Shown here: piece by piece, positions 12,921 through 26,218 of the stretch | Position numbering within the stretch: position 1 is the first letter of the stretch | How the letters are laid out: each line of letters begins with the position of its first letter | NCBI GenBank assembly: GCA_951406725.2 | Contig: OX597819.1 | Span: 12,276,001 to 12,340,000, forward strand | Source: Octopus vulgaris | Taxonomy: Eukaryota | Direction of reading: 5' to 3' | Length of the DNA: 64,000 nt | Program-made: the position numbers and the translations under genes | The notes under the pieces: generated by a model | The model's database searches: none | The model's input: the letters and a program-made list of their open reading frames with translations, nothing else | Told to the model about the DNA's origin: nothing

Positions 12921-15900
12921 CTGAAATAAACAAAAGATAAAGATTAATAAAAAAAAAAACAAAAAAAAAAAACTGCTGAGCACACACGATTAAACGTTTT
13001 CCCTATACAGCATAATATACCATCACTTGCAAAAGTTAACCAAATGTTGAATTATAAAGTGCAAGGTCTCTTATAGAGAGTATTTTATTTACTGCTACTG
13101 TTCCAGTCACTGGGTTGTGGCCATACTGGGGCACTGTTTTTCTACAGTATAAGAGAGAATAACAAGAGTGGTGTTGACTTTGTTGTGAAATACAGCTCAT
13201 TAGCAAACTGAGCTTCTCCAAGTCTCATAACCTTGAACCTATTCTTATCATTTGACCCATGCTAGCATGGAAGACCAATATTAAACGATGATGAATAAGC
13301 ACACATTTACTCCACCCTCTCATACATAAAAAATGCATTTGTGTGTCATCCATGGTAGATTCAGACAAGTCAGAGCTGCTGCGATGCATTCCTGTAGTTG
13401 TAGACTTATTCAGAGTTTGAGCACAAAATGAACAGGGAAAATATTTTATATGAATGTGGTCAGTTTAAAGGGTTATGCATTTCAGAAACTATATAACCAG
13501 CAGTAAGGCAACACATACGGACTAAAATGTGTAGGTAACCAAGTCTTAAGTTCCCAACTGGCACCAACTGTCAGAACCACCAACATGCCATCGTCAAGAT
13601 CTGTATCAAGTCAGAAAGATGCCGACAAGTTCAAAATAACTCCAGAAAAACTTATAAAGTTGAAGGCCACTATCAGTAAATAATCTCTTGTTGTTATCTG
13701 AGAAGAGCATTTGTAACTTCGTTATAAGATGCTCGATAGTCAGTTAAAAACACAATGATCCTGGGGCCTATAATCAAACAGCTGACATATTGTGAAGAAA
13801 TATTGTTTCCACAAAGATTACTGTGGTCAACCAAGGTACATCTTACAGAACTGCACAACATCCCATAGAACTGAACAGTAGAAATTTCACTGGAAGCAAG
13901 ACATTTGGCCATGAATGAACAGATCCATGCAAATTTCTGCCAGACAGCCACGGTGGATTTCAACAGGGGAATCAAAATTAACATGATGGGAATAACTTCT
14001 AGAACAGGCCTTGGAAAATATCTGCAGTCAGACATTCTCAAGGGAATTGTCAATACGGTCAGAAACTCATGGAATGGAAGATACTCTTTTGTAAAAGAAG
14101 AAAACCCTTGAAAATTATCAAGCATCTTCCACGATGCAAGTTGGGAATCAGGATAAAGTGAAGAGCAACAAACCATCACCACCACCAACAACCAGTGTGA
14201 GTGTTCTGCTGGTTTGCTTGCCAATTTTGATGATAGGCATTTAGCACGAGTTTGCCAAAGTGTGAGGATGAGGGTCCGGTAACTATAAAGAAGTTTTTTT
14301 CCCCAAAATTACAGATCCAAAATCGTCTTCTATTATGCAGTATCTAGGAAACCACAAAATACTAAAGCTTTATGAACATATTTATGACAACTTCTTGGGT
14401 AAACATTCACTCAAGATGTTGCCAATGAGTGTCTTTCTCACTCTTTCTTCTTTAAAGGCAGTGATCCAGTATGGCCTGAACCGTGATGGCTAAAATAAGC
14501 ACACATTTACTCCACCCTCTCATACATAAAAAAAAATAATGTAAAATAAATCTAATCCAGCCAAAAATATGTTAAGGAGAGATAAACCACTGGAAACAGA
14601 TAATTCTTTTCCTAGGTTTCAGTCATTGAATTGTGGCCAAGCATGAGCACCAGCCTCGAGGGTTTAGTGGATTCCATCAACCCTTAGTACTTATATTATC
14701 AACTAATTGTAATTGTGCTAAGACGAAAGACAATATGGTTTTGGATGTAAAAGGGATTTAACCTAATACCACAAAGCATTTTGTCTGATGCTCAACTGAT
14801 TCTCTACATCCATCAGCCATAATAAAAAAAAAAAAGTTAATTCAAATGTGGAATTCATTAAGAAGCTGAAGGGAAGCAAAAAACAAAGAAAAGGCAATGA
14901 TATTCATTAGAGAGGAAACAATAACGAGTCAGAAACCTAAGAACAGAATAGCAGGAAGAGAGAAAAATTTGAAGCTAAATTTAAATATAAACTCTTGTTA
15001 ATGAAGACTACATGCTAGGTTGAAAATTAGGAAGATAATTGGGATTCAAAATGAAATCTATAGCAACAAGCCAACAACGAAGCTCGTTTATGGTGACTTG
15101 ATTTGTTACAAACAGCAGTCAAATCTCCTGTGTACCACACCTTACCACATTGTACAATATGAACCTTGATATAAAATAATGAGATGGTCACAGCTGGAAA
15201 GACTGATAAGTCTGCAAGATGACTCAAACATCAAATAAATCTATAAATTATCTATTTTTGTATAATCACAATCTTCTCATATGTTATAAGAGGTGCAGCA
15301 GATTAATGGATCTTTGGTAAAATTTAGTGAGAAATAAAATTTAAAAAAGTAAAGAGATGGACACAAATTTTTCAAGATCAAATGAAAAATTAAACATGGA
15401 AAAACTAATTTTAAAATCCTTCTATCTTAGGAAATTGGAAGCCCACAACATTTCGTTTATCTCAGCATTATCACTTTCCAAGCAATGGTACAGATAAAAC
15501 ACTTTTAAAAAACTGAAATTAATTTCAACATCTTTCAGCCACAGAACTTAAGTTCTTCAAAAACACAAGGTCTTAAATTTTTCATTGAAATTCTATTTAA
15601 ATGAAGTCTAAAAATAAATGCTGATATTTAGACATGACCTACTTCAAAAGTATTTCACTATGAAAGTAAATATCAACAACAGGAATGCAATAAACATTTT
15701 CATAAATATGTTTAACCATTTTGATACTAACCAGCCTGAAACCGCATCTGGCTCTGTAGTACAAATGTCTTATTTTCAAAAATTCTGCATCAAAATCTTC
15801 CACCAAACCTTAGTCACAATTTATGTTCCTAACACTAACTGAATGACAACAAAGTTATTTTGCTAAATTCTTTGTTATATTTAAAATTAATTGAGAGAAA

Positions 15901-17329
15901 CACAGAGCATCTCAAAATAAATATTGTAACGAAAGGGTTAATGCAACCACATATCAACAATGCAATTCTTAATTCTTCAAACCACTAAAAGTACTATGTT
16001 CATCACCATATCAGTTTGTCATCCTTGACTATAATGGAGTGTTTTAACACTTGTTACCATATTTCTGTTGAAATATGCTATCCTTGTTTCAATTAATTTT
16101 GGAAGGAGTGAAGAATTTAGTAAAATAATTGTCATTAAATTGGTGTTTGGAAAGCAAATTAACACAAAATGTTTTGATGGAAATTAACTCATAGATGTAG
16201 GGATAGTTTCAGGTGGATTGATACCAAAAGGGTTAAATTCCCCATTTGTCTTAATCTCGCCAATTGGCCCATGAGGAGTGCCTTTAACAGAGTCTACCCT
16301 GTGGTAAAGATTTACAACATTTTCCAATCTGAGGACAACCTTGATCGAATGCTTCCTACCACAATAACCAATTAGTTACTATTTCTTCCTCAACCACCAT
16401 TAATCTATGAAGCACTGCAAAAGGCTATGCAAGCAGTTTCTTCTTCTCTACGATATAATTTTTTTTAATTAAAACCACTTCACTCTCCTTGAACTCAAGT
16501 AGATCGTTTGTATACGTTACATGTTTAGGTCTTGAGTTTAGAGCCTCATTAACAGTAGACGCCATCTGATAGAGAATACAGACTCTTGCAAGCTAAGAGG
16601 AATTTTTCTGCAGTTTGTATAAGGCTTGTAGCACAAACTAATTTGCAGGAGCTGTAGAGAATAGAGTTGATTCTGATCTGTTAGTGGCTTGGAGTTAAAT
16701 TGTCTAAATCATCCTTGGTTTTTAAGATCATATGGTGTGATTTGAGGGAGAAATTTCTAGCAAATTAAGCGACCATGTAGTGATTCTGTTTCAGTTCTAT
16801 AATGGTAGCTGCAAGACTATTTTATTCAGAAAATGGAATTATTTCCTTTGAAACATAACCAGGAGCAGCAGGTGTGGCTGTGTGGTAAGGAATTTACTTT
16901 CCAACTACATGGATTTATGTGGCACCTAGGGCAAGTGTCTACTATAGCCTCAGGCTGAGCAAATCATTGTGAGTGAATCTGGTAGACGGAAGCTGAAAGA
17001 TGTCCGTCATACATGCACATCTGTGTTTGTGTCTCCCACCACTGCTTGACAGCCAGTGTTGGTTTGTTTACGTCCCCATAGCTTAGCGGTTTGGCAAGAG
17101 GTACCAATAGAATAAGTACCTGGCTTAAAGAAAAAAAAAAGAACCAGGGTCAATTCATTTGATTAAAAATTCAAGGTATGCCCCAGCATGGCCATAGTCT
17201 TATGACTGAAACAAGTATAAAAAAAGAAAAAGGCAATCGGATGTTTTGAAAATATAAAGATGTTCCATAAGAGAAATAATAAAGTTGCAACACTCGTAAT
17301 TTTTCTCAATAGCATTACCAGCATGAATG

Positions 17330-17455
17330 AAACGATTCCAACTGGAACATTAAAGAATCATCATCATCATCATCGTTTAGCGTCCGTTTTCCATGCTAAA
17401 CGATGATGATGATGATGATGATGATGATTCTTTAATGTTCCAGTTGGAATCGTTT
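17330..17455. repeat. Inverted repeat (fold-back) around an RTE-tail remnant
   Basis: aaacgattccaactggaacattaaagaa(tca)n..gtttagc / gctaaac(gat)n tctttaatgttccagttggaatcgttt. Confidence 0.95.
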
Positions 17456-17464
17456 AAGACAAGG

Positions 17465-17506
<42 letters not shown>

Positions 17507-18224
17507 AACAATAAAATGTTATAGAAACAACTTTCTGTATACTGGTTAAGTTCTGTTAAGGTGGAGAGAGATAAGCATTTTGTTTATTTCTGTGGTCATT
17601 AGACCATTTAAAGAGCTCAGAATACAGTGAGCCATGTTTGCAGAGACCACAAACAATAGAGAGAGAGAGAGAAAAAAAAAAGAAATCAAAAACAGAGTAT
17701 TTTAACCTAGAAGCAATAACAACACATCTCAACAAAAACTGAAAACATGAAACACTGCAGATAGCTTGCATGTGAATAATCACTGAAATGCTTTTAAACA
17801 TCACAATTAATAAATATTTCGTAAAAGAACAATCTTAGCTTTTTGAACATTTCACTGATAAACAGGTTTAAAAAAAAAAAGATTCTCGTGCTTTTATTTG
17901 ATGAAAGGAGTCATTTGCTTGTTCAGACATGATCAAAGGGGAATGTCACAATGGATAAATAATAATATATTGACATATGCCAAGGAAATCTGGTTGTAAT
18001 TTCAGACAACTACATGAACTGGAACAATGAGGAAGAGAGAAAGTGTGAGTGTGTGTTCACAAACACAATGAGTTAGCTGCAGTAGATGTGAGCTCACAAA
18101 CCATAAAACAGCAGTGCTATATTTTATCCATAAAGCTATTTAACGAAGTCACTTGATCTGCAAGAAGTAGAAACCAAATCTTCCTCAAATCACACTTTTA
18201 GAAAAAATAATGGATAATGTGGTC

Positions 18225-18548
18225 ATGCCACAAAGTTATCAACCACCTCACCACCAATAACAACACTGAACACCTTTTTGATCTCCATGTGTCTAACACA
18301 CGTGGACATGCCTACAAAGTCAGAAAACAGCACAGCTCCCATGACTTTCGGAAACATTTTTTCACGCTCAGAGTTGCTGAAGCATGGAATAAACTGCCTG
18401 CGTCAGTTGTTGACTGCCATGACACTGCATCCTTTAAGGCCCTCATGCTTTCCGAAATCCGCCGAAACTACACCTGATTATACATACACTTTAGATGAGT
18501 TGTAGTGCACCTGAGCACTGTACACAATGTTTTATTATTATTATTATT
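18225..18548 (+). mobile_element. 3' end of a CR1-group LINE
   Basis: TRGHAYKV...RKHFFTLRVAEAWNKLP C-terminal motif, short 3'UTR and (TTA)n tail. Confidence 0.85.
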
Positions 18549-21500
18549 CCTGAGGTAAAAACAAGATAACCACAGCTGGAATAATATGGTAATAGGCATG
18601 AATAATCAGTATTTATCTGCAGCCAAACAACTTCTCAAACAAATCTTCAGCCAAATGTTTGGATGTTTAAGGGTTCATAAACTAGTTTTGCACAACATCT
18701 ATTTGGAAGAGAAATGTTAATAGCCCTGTCTAACTTTGTATAAACAAATATCACAGTAAGGTGGAAGACAAACCATTAACCTGAATGAAGCCAATTCCTT
18801 TCAAGACAAACATTTCAGCTGTACTTGAATATTCTTCATCATTTAACACCCATGTTCCATGCTAACATGGTCTCAATTGTTTGATAGGATCAAACTGATC
18901 CAAACACTGCACTGTGCTCCAGTGTGTGGTTTGACAGAGGAATGACATCCAGCAATAGAAACTAACTCTGACCACCTTGGTGCTTTTTCTGTGCCACCAG
19001 CACTGGTGAGATCACCATGCAACTTGCAAGACTATAAATTTGTGCGCATGCTCAAGGATGCAGCCACCAAATACCCATGAGGATTTTGCTCATTATTTTG
19101 TGCAAGAAAAGAAAATCAAGGTCAGACACATTTTGACTACACCTCGTATATGAATTAAAAAGAGACCCACCCTAGTTACATAGATGAGAACTGTTGCAAG
19201 CCACAGAGAAGGCAACACATCTAAGTGAGCAATAACTGTGAATTAGCAGTGACAGCATGTAAAGTGGTTGGTAAGAGAGCATCCAAATATAACAAACAAA
19301 AGCTAACCAAAATAGAGAAAAAAATAACGGGGGGGGGGGGTAACAGGATAGAAGGGAATTTTAAAGTTCCATTAAAACCATCTCTAGTGACAGTGGCAGA
19401 ATAAAATGCACTCAGTCCATGCTGTAAAATGATTGGTCATAAGGGAATCAACTATAAAAACATACCAAAAACATGATAGCAACACAAACTTGTCAAGTGT
19501 GTTGTATGTTTGTTGTGTGGCAGGTAATGAAGGACTTGTCTAACCCTTGCTAGTATGGAAAAAATGGACAAATGATATGATGATTGTATATGCGAGACCA
19601 CCGCTCCAGGGATGTGTGAGCAACACTCCTTGACAGCATAAACTCATCTTCACTAATTGAAAATTGGCAGAAGAAAAATGAAACACGACACTAGATCACA
19701 GACAATCAGAAATTGTGATTTAAGTCAGAGAAAAGTTTCTCTGCTGTTGTCATTAAACCTACTAGAAATAGCAACCAAATAACCCTCAACCATCTTAAAA
19801 AGGATACATTTAATAATATAATTCAAGATACAATACATTTGAATAGAGACAAGATGGCCATGGTGGGAATACCTTAAGTTATAGGTTTGCTGAGAGAAGG
19901 CTGATCTAAGGCAAAGTAACAACAAGCAGTTTTGCTCATGTATATTAAACTATCAAAGTGTACTGAACCTAGACTATAGTTGAAGAGATTGCTTTGCAAT
20001 CATACAGTTTCAGGAGCAATCCTACAGCAGAATAAATTGAAGGTTTTCAAACTATCACCTTGGACTGACCCAGTCTTTTCAGGGAAACTGGATAGATGCA
20101 AAACTACATACAAGTTGCTGGTTAAATTATTGAAACTGCTCTTGTGCATAGACTGAATCACCTGATTTCACACAATCAGTTGGTCCTTGTGGGCTTCAGT
20201 AAAAAGTCTACTGTTGCAAACATTTGGAGCAGGTCTCCAGTCTGAGAATGACAATATGTAAAGAAATCTCAACAGTAAATAGATACCATTTTTGGAAGAT
20301 TTATCCCTAGAAACAAAACTGTCCTTTGATGCATTTAAATACTTAATCTAGGATTTAGCAGACATGCTCTGTGCAGATTTTAATAATTCAAAATTTGTGG
20401 AAGAGGGAGACCCAGGAAGACATGGAATGAAGTATTAAAAGCTAATCTCAAAATGCTGGGCCTCACAAAGAAGAATGACAAAGGACTGAGATATATAGGG
20501 TGCTTTGCTGTACTCAAGATCCACCCATCACAGCAGAATTGAAATCCTAAACCATCTTGGTAATACATGTCCACAACCTTCTCCCCCAACTCACATTTCA
20601 TCCCTTAACTCCCATCACTTCCTCTACAACATGAGGGATGTCTATCTTTGAAATATACTGTGTCGTTTCTCCCAACATTAACTTATAAAATTTCTTAACA
20701 CCCTGCCACACACACACATCCCACAGACATTGCCATTCCTTCTGACAAAACATAGAAAAAACATTTTTATCTGCCAGCTGTAGAAACATTGCCAGATAAG
20801 ACCGGAGGGTGGTGCAGCCTTCTGGCTTCCCAGATCCCCGGTCGAACCGTCCAACCCATGCTAGCATGGAGAACGGACATTAAACGATGATGATGATCAT
20901 CATTTTGATAGAAATTTGATAAATGGAAATTGTATGAAAGCTCAGTATGTGTGTGTGTGTGTGTGTGTATGTGTGTGTGTGTGTGGAGTGCTTGTGTATA
21001 TCTCCACGTCATTAGGTCAATACCACTCGGTAGTGGTAATATTTATGTCCCAAAACTTACGGTTTAAAGACCACTGGGGCAAATATTTTACTTGAAGACA
21101 ACTTAAGGTTGGTGAGAGGAAAAGCATCCAAGCTGTAAAATACTGTCCCAAGAAGTTTATCCAATCTTGGCCACCAACATAGATAAAGCGAACGTAAAAA
21201 CAATGAATGAATGAACACAATATAGTTAGGTTTCAGTTTGCTTCAAGCTTATAAATACACTTTCAATTCTTTTACCATATTTCTACAAAGAGGTATTGAC
21301 AAATGTTAACTGACAATGTCTTAGGGGGGAAGCACTCCGTCAGTTACGACGATGAGGGTTCCGGTTGATCCGAATCAACGGAACAGCCTGCTTGTGAAAT
21401 TAACGTGCACCCTTAACATAGTTCTCGGGGATATTCAGCATGACACAGAGAGTGACAAGGCCGGCCCCTTGAAATACAGGTACAACAGAAACAGGAAGTA

Positions 21501-22098
21501 AGAGTGAGAGAAAGTTGTGGTGAAAGAGTACAGCAGGGATCACCACCATCCCCTGCGGGAGCCTCGTGGAGCTTTAGGTGTTTTCGCTCAATAAACACTC
21601 ACAACGCCTGGTCTGGGAATCGAAACTGCGATCCTATGACCGTGAGTCCGCTGCCCTAACCACTGGGCCATTGCGCCTCCACTGACAATGTCTATGGTTC
21701 AAATGTATAAAAAACAAGACAGAGACAGGTGAGGGAACAACAAACAATGTACATTAGTTTGACTCTTAGGGAAAATGGAAAAGTCTTCGATGTTTCAAGC
21801 CCATGCCCTTCAACAAAAAAGGCACGAGAAAAGAGAAAGAGAAAAATGTGTCTGGTTTAGTGGTTTCAGATGTTGGCATATATTTTACTTGCTTGATGCT
21901 GTAAAAATCAGAGTTAAATCCCTGATGTTATTACGGACTCTTCGATCCATAAAAAGGAAAAAAATTGGTGAGAAAGACTGAGTAAAAAAAACAAAAGTAT
22001 ATGAAGAAGCGAACCTAAATTTGATAATACATTCTTCGAGAAGAGAAAGAAAAAAAAATCAAAAACCAATTAAAATAATAATAAATAATTCTACTTAC

Positions 22099-22341
22099 TT
22101 CTGCAAAACTGGTTCTTTTATTAAAGTATCTCCAATAGGAATTTCATATCGAGATTTTAATGGGGAGAACTCGTTTAATTTTATGCGAGCCATATTATGT
22201 GCCAGAGCATAGAGCTCAAGTTTAAAGCGTACATTGTTTTTTCTGTTAACAAGTTGCAAAGTTATACTTGAAGGTTTTAAATCCAAAGAATCCAGCAGTA
22301 CAGCGTATGAGGAATGACCAGCTTCCACTGCCCTTTGGCGC
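22099..22341 (-). CDS. GANAB: GANAB exon 3 (RQRAVEAGHSSY...MARIKLNEFSPLKSRYEIPIGDTLIKEPVLQ)
   Basis: tttccag acceptor, AA|GTAAGT donor, 243 nt, phase 2 to phase 2. Overlaps ORF 22095..22328. Confidence 0.95.
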
Positions 22342-23562
22342 CTGGAAATGGAATTTTAGAAAAGTATATAACAAAGATGAAATGTACATAAGTTTCAGTT
22401 TATTTACTTATCTAGTTCTATAAAAAAAAAAAAGATTGAATGTCAATAGACATTCAATTGCTGTTTGTTGTGTGGCAGGTAATGAAGGACTTGTCTAACC
22501 CTTGCTAGTATGGAAAAAATGGACAAATGATATGATTGTATATGCGAGACCACTGCTCCAGGAATGTGTGAGCAACACTCCTTGACAGCATAAACTCATC
22601 TTCACTAATTGAAAATTGGCAGAAGAAAAACGAAACATGACACTAGATCACAGACAATCAGAAAGTAGACCCAATCGAAGTAGATATGACTGTGTGGTGA
22701 AGGTGGTGAGCTGTCACAATCGTTAGCACACCAGGCAAAATGCTTAGCATTTTGTCTGCTGCTATGTTCCGAGTCCAAATTCAGAACATAGGTCAACTTT
22801 GCCTTTCATCCTTTCAGAGTCGATTAAATAAGTACCAGTTACACACTGGGGTTGATGCAGTTGACTTAGTCCATTTGTCTGTCCTTGTTTGCCCCTCTAT
22901 ATTTAACCCCTTGTGGGTAATAAAGAATTAGATATGACTGTGTGGTTAAATTCTTCACGATCATAATTCTACATTCGATTCCAGAGTGTACCATTTTGAA
23001 CAAATTTTTTTTTTATTGTATCAGTTTGATCAAACACTTGTAAATGAAATCTAGTAGATTGAAGATACGTGCATATATGTGTGCACATGCATACATGTGT
23101 ACTCAAGCAGGTATAAGGTGGCGAGCTGGCAGAATCGTTAGCGCGCCGGGCGAAATGCTAAGCGGTATTTCGTCTGTCGTTACATTGTGAGTTCAAATTC
23201 CGCCGAGGTCGACTTTGCCTTTCATCCTTTCGGGGTCGATAAATTAAGCACCAGTTACACACTGGGGTTGATGTAATTGACTTAATACCTATGTCTGTCC
23301 TTGTTCGTCCCCTCTATGTTTAGCCCCTTGTGGGTAATAAAGAAATAGTTGATAGTGCAAGTGTGATAGTGTGGCTAAGAAACTTGATTCCCAACCATGG
23401 GTTCAGTTTCAGTTCTTGATTCCCAACTTGGGTTCAGTTTCAGTTCCACTGCATAGCACCTTGTAAAAAGTGGCTTCTACAACAGCATCAGACCAACCAA
23501 AGGCTTGTGTGTGGATACGGTAGATGGAAACTGAAAGAACCTGTCATACATACAAGAATATA

Positions 23563-24790
23563 TTGGGTCATCCCATAAATAATGCAGTTTTTTCAATTGC
23601 ATGAACTAAAAGCTGAAGTGGGATGGGATAAACTACCTGCATCAACTTGCTATAAAAGCAGGTGGTAATTTTACCTTTTATTTATTCTTAGTGCAAGTTT
23701 TGAAGAGTGCAGTTCGAGCTTAACAGTTTTTTTTGCAAAGCTATTATGGAAGTGACAAAGGAGCATATTCAGTACATTTTGCTTTATGAGTTCAATAAAG
23801 GCAACACAACTGAAAGTGCGAGGAATATTAATATTAATGCAGTATATGGGGATTAGACAATAAGTATAAGCCAGTGTCAATGGTGGTTCCAGAAATTCTG
23901 AGCCTGAAACTACAACCTAGAAGATGAGCTTCGTCTTAGAAGATCTGTAGAGCTCGACAAGGACGTCCTGCAAACCCTGGTGGAACAAAATCCCATCGTA
24001 ACTTAAGAAACTAGCAGAGAAGCTTGGATTTGGTTATTCAACCATTCACCAACACATATGTGTCATCAGAAAAGTCAGCAAATTGGGTCAATGGGTTCCT
24101 CACAAACTTTCCAAGTCAAATTGCACGCAGAGAGTGAATGTGTGCTCTTCTTTGCTGTCACATCTCTTGAATGAACCTTTTTTGGGGGGGGACCGAATAG
24201 TGACGTGACGAGAAATGGGTTCTCTGGTCAAAGATAGGAGCTAGGGAAAGGAGAGACACTGACACCCCAAGCTAAAGAAGGTCTTCACTCACGTAAAGAG
24301 TTGTCTGGGTGGGATATGAAAGGTTTAGTCCACTGAACTTTTAAACCTAAACCAAATGATAAAGGAGATCTACTAGAAGGAAAACAACCATCTTTATTTC
24401 AAGAGGAAAGGTGTTCTTCCATCAGGATAATGCTCAGCCACATACAACAAGGATGACATTCCAAAGGTTGGAGTAGTTCGAATGAGAAACAATGCCCCAC
24501 CCACCATATCCGCCAGACATTGCCCCATCTGATTATTATTTATTCCGCAGTTTTCAAAATCATTTGGATGTAAAAATATGAATTCTGTAGATGAGGTAAG
24601 AACAGTACTGAAGGAGTATTTTTCATCATGGACAAGTGAATTTTGGAAGAGGAGCCTCACATATCTACCAGATAGGTGGACGAGCATTGTAGAAAATGAA
24701 GGAGTATATTTTAGATTAAAAAATATTTTCGTTTATCTTAATTTTGAAAAATAAAGTAAAAAAAAAAGAAAAATTTATAGGATGACCCAA
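23563..24790 (+). mobile_element. Degenerate mariner (DD34D-type) transposon
   Basis: TIR TTGGGTCATCC.ATAAAT / ATTTATAGGATGACCCAA. Broken transposase starts MEVTKEHI (23746) and shows WVPHKL, HQDNAQPH and HPPYPPDIAPSDYYLFR, with stops and frameshifts. Confidence 0.92.
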
Positions 24791-25230
24791 GATTTATATA
24801 CAGTGTGTGTGGGTACATGAGTACACTTGCCTTGACATCACATGATGGTTGTAAACAAAAACTACTATTATGTACGTGAGGGGTTCCACCCACCTTTGTC
24901 TTGTGTGGGAAACTGGTCTGGCCATGAGAAAATGTTACCTTGCTTGAAAACAAGTGAGGATTAGTAACAAGGGACAATGGTCCATATAAAATCTGCCTTA
25001 ATACCAATCCAACTCATACATACATGGAAAAAGTGGATGTTAACCCTTTTCTTACCATACCCCTTGAAATGCACTGCCTTCATTTCAATTAACTTTGAAA
25101 CTTATGAAGAATTTAGTAAAATAACTCCTCATTAATCCTTTTTTTAAACATAAAATTCTGATGGGAGACTTTCATTCAAATCATCTTTTAAATAAAAAAA
25201 AAAGCAAGTTTATATCATAGAACAAAGGGT

Positions 25231-26023
25231 GGATCTTTTCCTTTTGAACGGCAGACAATTTCTAGTTAACTAAACACTTTAAAACTTCGTATACTGGTAG
25301 AATGTGTCAAAAGAAAACATTTTTTTCTCTTGGCTTTCTTGAGAAAATTGTAATTTGTTTGTTTAACGTAGTTTAAGTTTTAGAATTTTAACCAATCCTA
25401 TGCTCTCTTTTGAGCTAAAATCATTTGCTGCGTCTAAAACTGAGACAACATCCTGTCACTAACCCAAAATTTTTTTTTCTTAATTGTTAAATCAATTTAA
25501 TTGTTATGTGTGTAAAAAAAAACTAAAGCAATGGAAAATAATTTAAACAATTAACAAACAAAATAATTCTATAATTTTATACACACGCTTTCCGTATACA
25601 TACGGAATTCTATAATTTTATACACACGCTTTCCGTATGTATACGGAAAGCGTGTGTATAAAATTATAGAATTATTTTGTTTGTTAATTGTTTAAATTAT
25701 TTTCCATTGCTTTAGTTTTTTTTACACACATAACAATTAAATTGATTTAACAATTAAGAAAAAAAAATTTTGGGTTAGTGACAGGATGTTGTCTCAGTTT
25801 TAGACGCAGCAAATGACTTTAGTTCAATGGAGGTAATCGATTGGTTAAAATTGCCGAAATGCTCGGATTTTCAGACGAAATATCTTACAAACTATAGAAT
25901 TTTCTCAATAAAACCACGAGAAAATGATGTTTTATAAATACATTCTACCAGTATACGTAGTTTAAAACTTTTTAGTTATCTAGAAATTATGTTACAAACT
26001 GCCGTTTAAAAAGGAAAAGATCC
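25231..26023. mobile_element. Fold-back MITE, Merlin-like (GG termini, 8-bp TSD), nested in an old piggyBac MITE
   Basis: TIR GGATCTTTTCCTTTT.AACGGCAG. Flanks CAAAGGGT / CAAAAGGT (7 of 8 match). The whole element is an inverted repeat. Superfamily assignment is inference. Confidence 0.72.
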
Positions 26024-26104
26024 CAAAAGGTAGCTTCAACACAGGTTTAAATGGTATCAAATGGGTTAAAACAATAATATCTTTTATTAAAACTTATGAC
26101 TCAC

Positions 26105-26218
26105 TTGCAAAAGCCACTTTGCTCACAGGTTTTGAAATTTTCTCTACTAACAGCTACCACGCTGTATATTAAACATATACAATAAAGAACAACATGCCAA
26201 TGTTGGGCCATTGTTGAC
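26105..26218 (-). CDS. GANAB: GANAB exon 2: signal peptide and start of mature protein (STMAQHWHVVLYCICLIYSVVAVSRENFKTCEQSGFCK)
   Basis: ttttccag acceptor, AA|GTGAGT donor, 114 nt. Matches the glucosidase II alpha N-terminal motif AVDRSNFKTCEESSFCKR. Confidence 0.95.

Noticed and set aside
13694-14224. 176-aa minus-strand ORF
   Set aside because: No recognisable motif and no compatible splice sites. It is antisense to decayed LINE-like sequence.
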